Source: Syncephalis fuscata S228 (lineage: Eukaryota; Fungi; Zoopagomycota). Taken from it: DNA of 64,000 bases. A program made the translations under genes and the position numbers. The stretch covers positions 434,001 to 498,000 of the forward strand of contig JAHLTZ010000017.1 in assembly GCA_025786725.1 (NCBI GenBank), given 5' to 3'. Positions 53,167 through 64,000 of this stretch are shown here, piece by piece (the first letter of the stretch is position 1; each line of letters opens with the position of its first letter). Below the pieces are notes generated by a model. It was not told the DNA's origin. It searched no databases and saw only the letters and a list, made by a program, of their open reading frames with translations.

Positions 53167-54931
53167 TTAAGCAATATAAAGTGCATCAATAAATCCCTTG
53201 GCTACTTCTCCAATCAATGACTTATCAGGAATGGTTGCCGCCATACCGTAGATGGCCGCCTGTCCCTTCTTATTAAGCGATGGGTCGGCCCGTACCTCGT
53301 CGACAGCCGATTGCAGATCTTTACAAAACTCATCGGTGCGCTTAGCCGTCAGTAATGTGCAGGAGATGTGGACAGCATCAGGGCTTTGTAGCGAGCTAAG
53401 GTGCCAGCCACGACGAGTCATAGCATCGTTTACTGCATGCACATTAAGTGGCGCATCAGCGCCAAATGACAAGGCTGACATAACAGGATTGCCAAGAACA
53501 TGTAGACCTGGAATACGTGAAATGCCCGTCGCAATACGATGCGCACATTCAACAATTTCGCGTGTTGACTCGACATAGCCAGCCTCGCCAATCGACATTA
53601 GTGCCGTCCAGCACGAGGCAATAAGCGCACCAGGACGAGAGCCAGCAACTGAAGGCGAAGCATAGACGCCACCTACCCAGGTTGGCGTAACAAAGTACTG
53701 GTAGGCACGTAGCTCTTTTGTGCGATACATAATGACTGAAGTACCCTTTGGAGCAAATCCGTATTTATGCGTATCGCATGAAATCGACGTAACACCTTCA
53801 ACTCGGAAATCAAATGGAGGCATATGGAAGCCGGCCTTTTCCATAAATGGCGCAATAAATCCACCTAGACAGCAATCGACATGCATGCCAATATTGTATC
53901 TCTTGGCTAGCTTGCCCAGTGCTGTGATATCATCGATTGTGCCGTAAGGGAAGTTGGGTGCAGATCCAGCAAGCATAATAGTATTACGATTGATAGCACG
54001 ACGTACTTTACGTAAATCGACCTGGAATGTCGTTTGGTCGACAGGTATGTGTACCAAACGAATACCGAAATAACTTGCTGCTTTATCGAATGCTGCATGG
54101 ATTGAGGCTGGTACAATCATCTCTGGCTCGGTGATGCCCTTCGTTTCACGGGCCCAGTCGCGATATGCTTTGCAGGCCATAAGTAAACTTTCTGTACCAC
54201 CACTTGTCATAACACCGCCAGCCGATTTAGGTGCATGATACATGTGCAATACCATAGCCACTGCTTCTGCCTCCATCTTACGTACTCCCGGGAATACTTC
54301 GGGATGTAGCGGATTGCTTACGTTGAATAGACGATAAGCCTCGGTACATAGATCTGATAGTTTTTCACCGCCATGATATACAGCACCTGAAATACGGCCA
54401 TCCCTCCAATCTACCTTAGATAGATGGTGGTATCTGATTAATTGCATGATTAGCATTATAATTACTACATCAATCCATCTATTAAATTGCTCACTTTTGA
54501 AGTTCTGCACGGACCTGCTCATCAGTAAAGCCTTGTTTCGGCAATGAAAGATAGCGAGTCTCGCCAGGCTGCATTGGCGCAACATCCTCTTGTATCTTAT
54601 GAATCACTTTATCGAGTTCAGCCTGGATTTTGCCTTGAACGCCAGGCAACTTCTTTGCTTTATTAAGCACCACCTAAATCGATAAGTGCCAGTCAGTACA
54701 TGGATAATAATAAAGCTAGTATATCAACGCCACTACCTTAATAACTGCTTGTTTCCATTCAAGCAATAGACCAATAGGGCCACGTAAGCGAAGTAAATAG
54801 AAGAAACGTGACAAGAAACGATAGACCACGACAAGCAACAGTACATTCTTGGCCAGTTCAACTCGTGGCGACTGCAACAACTGCTGCACAACCAACCAGG
54901 ATATTGCTAGTCGAGATTGTACATTGGCCAT
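53167..54931 (-). CDS. DPL1: Sphingosine-1-phosphate lyase (PLP-dependent), 3 exons
   Basis: GRISGAVYHG, SNPLHPEVFPG, TSGGTES, HVDCCLGGF, SCDTHKYGFAPKG, AGSRPG, AIYGMA. Confidence 0.96.
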
Positions 54932-55570
54932 GATAGTCGAAGCAATAACAAGACAAGAAGAATAACTAAAGAGGAAGAGGAGGAAAAAGAGAGGTTTAAG
55001 AAAATAAGGCGGCTTAAACCAAGAACATGGCAGATAAAGTCGTGCCGATGAGTGGGGTAGTGCAGTCTTGATCGTAATGTTCGGCAATGAAATGACCGAC
55101 CAATTCCAAAAGCACGTCACTTAAGAATGGTTTCTCTTCTTTAGTCAGGCCTTTTTGGCCAATGCTTAATACAAAATAACTGTATTAAATGCCAGACAAG
55201 GCACAAGTATCAGATGGTTGGCAGGTGATCAGGGCCGCGTGAATTCATCATGGAGCCTATAGCTGCTCTTTACACAAATACAATAGTTTGTAGCCAGTTA
55301 TAGAAATAAGATCTATTTACAAGTTGCCAATAGCATCCCATTGTACCTATTATGAATAGTAAATTGGTGTAATTGAAGACAACTATGTATATATCAATAG
55401 CTAGTATTCTTACTAATAATTGTATGATTGTTTAAATGGATACAAAATATAGATGTTACAAGTAAATTATAAGTTAATTGATTAGCTATTGTCATCATCA
55501 CAAAACAAGTGTACTGTAAATTGGCAATGAAAAGTATCTTTTCCCGTTAGCGTTTCTTTTTCACTTGAAG

Positions 55571-56026
55571 ATGTTTGGCCGTCATTCCTATGCTATACCA
55601 ACACGACTACTTGGAAATCGTGTAGTGTCTGTTGGTATGCATAGTTGGTCGGCAGGTAGAAGTAGTGGTCGTCCACGAGGTCGGCTTAATCAGTTGGCAC
55701 GACGCCACCCGATACTACTTTTTGGATTTCCATTTTGCTCTTTAATGGTTGCCGGGTCTTTTCTATTGACGGAACTGACACAAACACGCTATGATTTACG
55801 GGCCCGTACAGTTAGCAAGGTTAATCAGGAAACACGTCTACGTATAGAGTCAGGTAAACGCGCATTATCATTACAAGAAGAGTACTGGGTAAGATAGTTC
55901 GATAACTAAACAATAGTCCTTTAATATTAACTATTGCTGTTTTGTTAGCGTTTAACTCAAGAGGATGACGAGGCTGATGCTTGGGAAGTGGCACGAATTG
56001 AACGGCCAGCTGATGAGCCACAGTAA
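55571..56026 (+). CDS. COX16: Cytochrome c oxidase assembly protein Cox16 (2 exons)
   Basis: HPILLFGFPFCSLMVAGSFLLTELTQTRYD, SLQEEYWRL, WEVARIERP. Confidence 0.88.
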
Positions 56027-56242
56027 TACGTTTATGTACATCATCGTTCATTATAATAAAGTCGTTTATTGAACATGTTAATACCATTGAAATGATCTAC
56101 ATCATTTGTAAATATAAACTAACCATTGAATTAAATTAAATTTAAAATTCTAGATAAATGTTTTAAATAAAAGTTACGAGCAATAACAAAATAAAAGATC
56201 TGTGTAATTTTAATACTAATGTCATAGCTAAACAATCGCCTA

Positions 56243-56697
56243 TTATCCGCTAAAGAGTCGGCTCCATAGACTGGGACGAACATTGGGATTTTTTTGAACA
56301 CGCTCTAATTCGCGCATCAATTTCGTGTAATAATTTGGATTACCGGCTGGACTTAGCATACGCTCAGATAACGGATTCTAAGTATTAAAGAAACGTAGAT
56401 TAGTATCATTGGTATTAACAATATAAGTAGTAGCTTTTTTTTACTTACTTCTTGCTTATATTGATTGTTTAATAATTGTTCCAACGCTCTGATATGCTCA
56501 TTTAGTTCCCGTCTACGCCATGTCGCCTTTTCACCAGTTGCTTGTTCTTCGAATTTACTACGAATAGCCTGCCGAAGTGCTACAGGAAAGTTAGCGTTGG
56601 GCCGTAGTGGATCGTCAGGCCAACGGTAGGCCAGTCGTAGTAATTGGCGGTATAGACTGCGTGCCGACGCAGCACTCGTTACATTAACACCACTCAT
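56243..56697 (-). CDS. CBP6: Complex III assembly factor Cbp6/UQCC2-like (2 exons)
   Basis: LYRQLLRLAYRWPDDPLRP, ALEQLLNNQYK, PLSERMLSPAGNPNYYTKL. Confidence 0.8.
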
Positions 56698-56973
56698 AGC
56701 AACACTGAGTAATAGATAGTGTTCCTATAACAATTATACGTATGATCTCCAGTAAATACGGTCTACTATTGAAACCAAAGCAATATAGTCAAGTGTCGTA
56801 AAGTGTTGGTCAAGTTTGCTAACAATTTAAAAGAAAAAATCAATCAAATAATAGTTACCGCTATTAATTTCATTTATGATTTGTTTACACTTTGCAATTT
56901 CTACCTTTTTCATTTATAGTTGATAAACGTTTATTGTATTTACACTGGTGCAAGCATTTCAACTAACTACAGA

Positions 56974-58123
56974 ATGGCTGACTCTAAACAGTTGTTTGAT
57001 GACCCGGAAGATTTGACGATGGACGATTCCGAGTGGGATGTAGAGTCTGACGCGTCAGCTTTGATTACGCACGCGAGAAAGCGCTCTGCAACTGAAGCGC
57101 TTGACTTTGAGAAGTACATGGACAATAATGAAGGATTTTTAGTAGAGGATCCAAATATGTCTTCATATAACTATGAAGATTCAATGATATCTGATTCTTT
57201 TAACAAAGAGGCAGACGGCGATATCGACAATAATAATCATAACAACAGCGGCGATAACAACAACAATAACGACGACGACGACGACGACGACAATAATAAT
57301 AATACTAATAATAATAATAACGACGATATTAAGGATAGTGCAGCTGAAGAAGATGCAACACTAGGTGAATATCAGAAATTAAAAAATGAATTAGCCACAA
57401 TACAAAGTATGACAAGCGCAATTGAGAAGATTACTGCAAATTTTAAAGTATCACAACAAGGAATGATTGTATGTAATAATTAGCAAATAGTATATAATAG
57501 CATATTAATTAGTGTAATGAATAGCAATTTACCGAGACTATAATCCGAACAGATCAATTATTAGACACTTGGATCCGTCTTTTATCCCAAGCAGAATATA
57601 CGAAATCATTGCTGCAAAATGAACAGTGGCACGGTGTTTCAATGGTAAGTTTTAAGAGCCGACAATCGCACAAATACCGACAATTCCCTCTAGGATATTG
57701 CAAATGAACAGCGTGAAGAAGAAGGACGCCAACTAGCACTTGAACAAGAACGTATAAAAGGTAGATTACTTATAGTATGGTATTAATTGTTTATCTAACT
57801 TAAATCTAGCGGAACAAGCTGCTGCTTTGGCTCAAGCAATGGCCAAACAATCGGCTACTAGTAAAACTGATCGTGGTAATGGCGAATCATCATCCTTGTC
57901 AACAACAAGAGGACGTGGTCGTGGTCGTGGTCGTGGTGTTAGAGGTCGTGGCCGTGGTGTTAGTGCTACAAGTACAAGTTCAACGAGAGCAACAACAGCA
58001 CCTTCCAGTACTTCAACGTCAAAAATACCCAAAACACAAACTAGATTAGCATCAACGACACAATCTCGATATCAAAGTTCATTAAGAACAAGGAGTGTTA
58101 GTCGTAATAGTAATAATAACTAA
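56974..58123 (+). CDS. DUO1: DASH/Dam1 complex subunit Duo1 (4 exons)
   Basis: LKNELATIQSMTSAIE...TDQLLDTWIRLLSQAEYTKSLLQNEQWHG; acidic N/D-rich N-terminus and basic RG-rich tail. Confidence 0.82.
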
Positions 58124-58459
58124 CTTTTAACTATTTCAATATTATTAAATAAATATTAAAAAGTGTATTTGAATTGATATTTATTTTAATAATTGTATTA
58201 ATCAATAGGTATCGAATTAATTATTACCGATTTGACATGTTCAGAGCACAGTAAAATGGCCAATGTATCTACAGCTCAGTCTTGGATATGACATCTAGTT
58301 ATTGCTGAAAGACTACAAAGAATGCTTGTTTCAAAACAGAGCCAACAATAAGCTGATTACCAAATTAGATTGGAGGACTTTGAACGTTCATTGTTATGTG
58401 CAACTGAGCGGTAAAAAGAATGACAGACGCAACACTTGTTACTTGCACTCAGTAAGAAG

Positions 58460-58580
58460 TATACACCCACCCACATACACACATACACACATACACACAT
58501 ACGCACACCCACACCCACACACATGCACGCATTCGTCTATCCACATTGGAAGTAGTCCAAACATACACACACACACACAC
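58460..58580. repeat. Degenerate (CA)n-rich microsatellite region
   Basis: cacatacacacatacacacatacacacat…cacacacacacacacac. Confidence 0.8.
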
Positions 58581-59497
58581 TTTCTTTCTTCGCACGCTTA
58601 CACTTTCATCATCTCGCCACCGCCATAGCTTTTCGTTTATCTACTACTTGCTACGGCATTGTGGTTTACTACTCTATTCTATTTGCCGTCTCGTTTCGTA
58701 CCTTCTGTTGTTGGTAGCGCACGCACACACGCACGCACGCACACCCCGCCGCCGTCCTACCATATTACTTCTCCACTACCTCCGCCATCGCCACTCTTCT
58801 GTTCTGACTATCTCAGCGTTGTTATTTATCGTTTACTAGGATTGCTGCTTGGTCTTAGTTGTGGGTAGGTAGTCTTTAATGCAGGATGCTACAGTACATC
58901 TCTATTATAAAGGTGGACAGGCTCACAGTCACTGCATCGATTCATCATTGGTGCATATATACTACATCTAGTCACCTCACAGTCAAATGGGTGGTTAATT
59001 AGAAGATGGGCAAAGGACTTGCCTGTCACCGTGCTTGCCAAGGCGAGTCTGCGGTTGCAGGACATGGTTGCTTCTAAAGCCATATGAAGCTATCAATCTA
59101 GCAATACTAATACTGTTGCTGTGTCCATCTATCGTAGACTTTTGGAATTCCAGTCGCATTTAACTTTTCGCAAAGACGGGTGTAGCACGCCACGCTTTTA
59201 TTTAGAGCAGGTAGATCATTGTGTGGAATCATTATAACAGCAACAGCAACAGCAAGAATAGCAATAGTAACAGTAGTTGAATTGCCACGAAGGTAAGCTA
59301 GATCTAAATACAGTAGCATAAATACAGTACAAATGCTACTATTAGCAACTTTTATGGTGATATATCTGTACTTACGTCAATTATAACGATAGTTATCGTT
59401 GTTACTATTATTGTAGTAGTTGTAGTAGTTGTAGTAGTTGCGGCTATTCCTGCTGTAGTAAACAGTCGGCAGTGGGACTACTTTGAATAACACTAGC

Positions 59498-62400
59498 ATG
59501 CCGACAGATACGACTGTTGCGACAAGCAACAAACAATTTGCCGAATCAACGCCAAATATCGGCAGCAATGGCGCTCGTGTCAATGTGCCTAATCGGCCAA
59601 CCTCTGTTGTAACGCATGAGTTAGATACTAGCAATATGGTCTCACCTCTTGGATCGCCTGTACAGCGTCATAGCGGAACAGTCATTCAAATGAATAAACG
59701 CAGCGACAGCGAGAATGCCACGATGGATATGCTGGAGCAATCGGCGGAAAGTCCTATCGACTTGGACGAAGACGCACAAACCACAACTTGTCGTCGTTGT
59801 CAAATTGTTATCGCTGAAGGGCAGTTAGTACGAGCATTGGGCGGATCTTATCATATGGAATGTTTCCGCTGTATTGTAAGTTACACCCAAATTACTATAA
59901 TTAATATTGGTGTAATATTTACGTATCATTACGTATTATTTAAATTTAGGACTGCAATGAAATTGTTGCCAACAAGTTCTTCCCCATCACTGATGCTGAT
60001 GGTAACCAACATCCTACATGCGAGCGCGACTATTTCCGTCGTCTTAACCTTATTTGCGATCAGTGTAAGGATCCATTACGTGGCTCTTACATCACGGCAT
60101 TAGGTCGTAAATTTCACATGGATCATTTCTCCTGCTCGGCATGTAACACGGTATTTGGTCCACAAGATTCTTATTACGAACACGATAGCAAAGTTTATTG
60201 CCACTATCACTACTCGATTCGCTTTGCCGGTAAATGTGCCGGTTGTCGATACGCAATTATGAAACAGTTTGTTGAAATCAGCAAAGTTAATGCTGATGAG
60301 CATTGGCATCCAGAGTGCTATATGATTAATAAGGTATTTGACTTGATCATATCAACTAGTAATAGCTTTATAACCAATGTATTTAGTTTTGGAATGTCCG
60401 ATTGGCCAATACGTTACGATCCGACGAAGCTACCGAATTATCAGGTAATTAGCTTGTAAATTGGCTATAATGCATGCTAAATGATGCTACAATAGACGAT
60501 ATGCATCCACAGACCACAAAACGACTCAAGTACGAGCAGGAACAGATGGAAGAGAAAGTCTATCAAATATGGACGGCTCTATCGGCATTTGAAGAATCGT
60601 CGGCTGCATGTATTTCAGAAATGCTTCTACACGTTTCAAATGGTGCCTATCTAGACGGTGTACGTATGGCAGGTGCATTTATTCTTCACGTCGAAGTTTT
60701 ATTTGCAAGCATCGACTATTTAGAAGAGAAAATGGCCGAACATCATGACAATACAGGTGAGAAAGCATTGATGCAGCCATTAGTGATAGCAAGTATTAAT
60801 TAATATTACGGTTTCTAATGGCAATCGTCTAGGTCTTATTCATACCAAGGAGCCAAAGCTGCTTTGTAAAAAGATCATTAGCTTCTTTACCATCCTATCA
60901 CACACACAAGAAGTAGGCGTGCAAATGGTGGGCGTTACACAAGAGTTGCTGCAATTAGTAACGCGCTTGGCACACTTTTTAAAAAATCTGATTCGAATTG
61001 CACTGACGGGCGCACTACGTTTGGTAACTATGCACGATTAACTTTATTGTACGGATTGGAGACTGACTCGTCGCGAATAGGAACACCAATATGGCAGTAC
61101 CATGGCGGTCTACGATTTTCTTAACAAAATTACCGAGCTAGCGGGACACTCACATGCTAATCCGGTCGATTTAGACCTTGAACCTACATCGGATCAGTGC
61201 CGGCTCTGTCACGTTACTCTTGAAGAGCCATGTATACGCAATGGAAGCTCACGCTGGCATCTAGGCTGTCTACGCTGCAACCGATGTGATCGTTTACTAA
61301 ACGATGACCTTGATGCACTACGACTAAGTGAACAAGACCAAATACTATGGTGCATTACTTGTGCCAGTTCGACCAATGTTGTTGTTATTGATGGATTCAG
61401 AAGGATAACGCAACTTGAACAGTACACATTCCTACTTCGTGTGGCCCAACAACGACTAACTGGTCTATTGAAGATGAAGGGTGCCAAATTGACTATGGCC
61501 ACCGATCGACACGGTGTTAACGATATGGGTGCACCAACAGGGATGGCCGGCGATGATCCATCTGGTCCATTTGCCGCACTGCAACGTGCATCACAACTTG
61601 ACAAACGACTAAGTAATTCGACTTATCTTGCCCGACGTCAAACACTTGTTAGACATCATGATGAGCCGGCCCATCACACACTAGTCGATGTCGGTACCGG
61701 TGCCAAGGTGGCCCGTCGTGAAGATTCGGTTTCTATTAAGAATGCCCATTCACCGGTAAACGATGACATGAAAGGAGCCAGCGGCCATCTCCACTCTGGT
61801 CAACCACGTGAATCGCGCCAATACTTGTCGGAACTATCAGCACTACACTCATTTATTGTACGCCATATTGCCGTCATGCTTATGGCTCCTCTAGTACAGG
61901 AGTACTTTACACTGGATGATTTACTTGAATTAGTTGATCCACAAAAGAATACGCTATGGTCACGATTTAAAACATCATTAAAGCAAGGTAAAAAGCCTGC
62001 TAAAGGTAAGCAATTAATTACTAAAGCTTTACATCAATATTGATTAACTAATCATTTGCTTATTAATTAATATTAATGTAATGTAATTAATTAGAGGGTA
62101 CATTCTGTGTTCCACTTGAATTGTTGGTCGAGAAAAGTGGTGTTGATTCTACTTTGGGTGTAGGCCCAGGTATTGTACGTATTCCTGAATTTGTAGATCG
62201 ATGCATTACTGCCATACGTCATATGGGTAAGTTAAAAGACGGATGAATAGGATGTGTATATTAATTCATCAATACAACCACTAGATGTTACTGTCGAGGG
62301 TATATTCCGAAAGAATGGCAATATTCGACGAATGAGTGAACAAATTGAAGCAATTAACCGCAATCCAGCATCAGTTAAATTGATTGATGAGAATCCAGTT

Positions 62401-63417
62401 CAATTGGCAGCCTTGCTAAAACGTTTTCTTCGAGAGTTGCCTGAACCACTTCTTACATTTAAGTTGCATCGCATGTTTACCGTATCTCAACGTAAGTTAC
62501 TTAATATAAATATAAATATATACACACATACATATATGATTAGTTAATTAACCCTATTTTATTATTATGACTATTATGACTATTATGACTATTATTAGGT
62601 ATTGATGATGCAGAGACACGTAAAAAAGTATTGCATTATGCATGCTGTATTCTACCTGAAGAGAACCGTGAATTAATGGAAGTGCTATTTATCTTTTTCA
62701 ACTGGATTTCATCGCATGCTTATATCGATGAAATGACTGGCAATAAGATGGATCTTAGTAATATGGCCACAGTTATTACACCAAGTATTTTATATTCAAA
62801 ATCAAAGGATCCATCGAAAGACGATTCATTCTTAGCCAACGAAGCAGTACATAGTTTATTACATGACTTGGAAGAATTTGCACTGGTAAGTACCACTAAT
62901 TGAATAATATATCTATCTATTTATTGATCTATTTATTTATTAATCTATCTATTTATTTATTAATCTATTTATTTATTAATAGGTACCTGATGAAATAGCA
63001 GATATTCTATACGAGGATTTCAATGATATTAATACGAGTCTATCAAGCAAAGACATTCTTAAAAAGTGTGAGAATCTAGTAAGATCACGTCGCAATCCTG
63101 CACGTCGTCGTGTCCCTCCATCTCATAATGGAGGTGGGGCACGTGCACCTATCGATGTAGGATTGGCCAGTGGTACAGCGACTACATCCAATTCAGTATC
63201 AGTATTAAAATCACCATCCTCACCACCACCCTACAGTAATAACAGTAATAGTAGTGGTAACAATAATAACAACGCATCCCATTCCACTATAGCCAGTGCA
63301 ATCACTTCTACCACTAATAATGCGACAGCAGTGACGGCACTACCACACGCTTCATCATCGGCACCTCCTCCGACAGGTGATCGTGTACCGTTACCGGCAG
63401 CAGTGGATCATTGCTAA
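59498..63417 (+). CDS. LRG1: LIM-domain Rho GTPase-activating protein (Lrg1/Rga1-like), multi-exon; start uncertain
   Basis: Tandem LIM domains (CRRC…YHMECFRC, CERDYFRRLNLIC, YCHYHYS, WHPECY), WTALSAFEESSAACISEML, RhoGAP VEGIFRKNGNIRR, QLAALLKRFLRELPEPLLTFKL, GNKMDLSNMATVITP. Confidence 0.88.
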
Positions 63418-63663
63418 TTAATTAGTTATTTCTATTACTTCTATTTCTATTACTATCCCTACTATTAACAATAACAACACCAACAACCTATCACACATTA
63501 CATTACATTACATCCAGCTACATCAACAACCATCAACCAGCATATTGTCTGTGTCGTTTCATCTCCTTATACTCGATGTGTCTATATCGGTATACGGTGA
63601 GCGTGATTCTTACTTTGTCTGTGTCGTGAATAAGTCGACGCTTGTTGTCCTTTTGTTTTCTCT

Positions 63664-63692
63664 ACATACATACATACATACATACATACATA
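63664..63692. repeat. (CATA)n microsatellite
   Basis: acatacatacatacatacatacatacata. Confidence 0.9.
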
Positions 63693-63783
63693 CAGACACA
63701 GGCGCACATTTCATCTGTGTCGTTTATTATTCATTTTAAAAAGAGTGTACGCCTTGTTGCATTATTCATTTATTTGCTTTCAT

Positions 63784-64000
63784 TTAATTGTATCGAAATA
63801 CCAATGCTACGCCGTCATCGGCACCTGTTACTAGTGTCTTTTTATCACATGAAATGGCAAAGTCAAGAATAGTTTCTTGATGGCCATGCCATTCTTTTAA
63901 GCATTGGCCGGTTAGACCGTCCCAAATACGAACAGTGCAATCAGCTGAACACGTAATAAGCCAGGTAGTGGATGGCACCCATCGAGTACGAATAACGGCA
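63784..64000 (-). CDS. C-terminal part of a WD40 protein, Sqt1/AAMP-like (5' part beyond the window)
   Basis: LITCSADCTVRIWDGLTGQC.....GHQETILDF......LVTGADDGVALVF. Confidence 0.7.
   Translation of the reverse strand, partial: AVIRTRWVPSTTWLITCSADCTVRIWDGLTGQCLKEWHGHQETILDFAISCDKKTLVTGADDGVALVFRYN

Noticed and set aside
58302-59460. His/Thr-rich ORFs upstream of the LIM-RhoGAP
   Set aside because: Translations of CA-rich microsatellite and pyrimidine-rich leader sequence; probably promoter, 5' UTR and UTR introns.
62560-62980. (TATTATGAC)n and TTAATCTATCTATTTATTTA repeats
   Set aside because: Simple slippage repeats inside introns of the RhoGAP gene.

Overview
Eukaryotic genomic DNA from an AT-rich, compact, intron-rich fungus. 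Short 50-100 nt introns, the DASH subunit Duo1, a septin and URC4 point to an early-diverging lineage, plausibly Zoopagomycota (Syncephalis-like; inference only). Most of the window is conserved spliced housekeeping genes: CSE1, TAZ1, septin, mL50, NOC4, DNM1, URC4, a Sel1-repeat protein, PUT2, ABHD11-like, BDP1, RAD17, IMP1, CWC15, VPS24, a PQ-loop protein, DPL1, COX16, CBP6, DUO1, a LIM-RhoGAP and a SQT1-like WD40. The most interesting part is an intronless accessory island at ~2.2-11.2 kb between CSE1 and TAZ1. It holds a 3456-bp-period tandem duplication of a head-to-head gene pair (a small secreted FAS1/fasciclin protein plus a two-TM protein with DEG/ENaC-like signatures), with mosaic identical and divergent blocks. 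It also holds a BAHD-type acyltransferase and a 65-aa secreted protein that closely matches the Streptomyces chaplin (functional amyloid) domain. A second accessory zone (24.1-28.9 kb) is a graveyard of membrane-protein pseudogenes bounded by ~250-bp direct repeats. Also seen: a MuDR transposase relic, a degenerate SpoU/SPOUT protein, several GC-AG introns, and four single-base frameshifts that look like assembly errors. All calls are by eye; no database searches were run.
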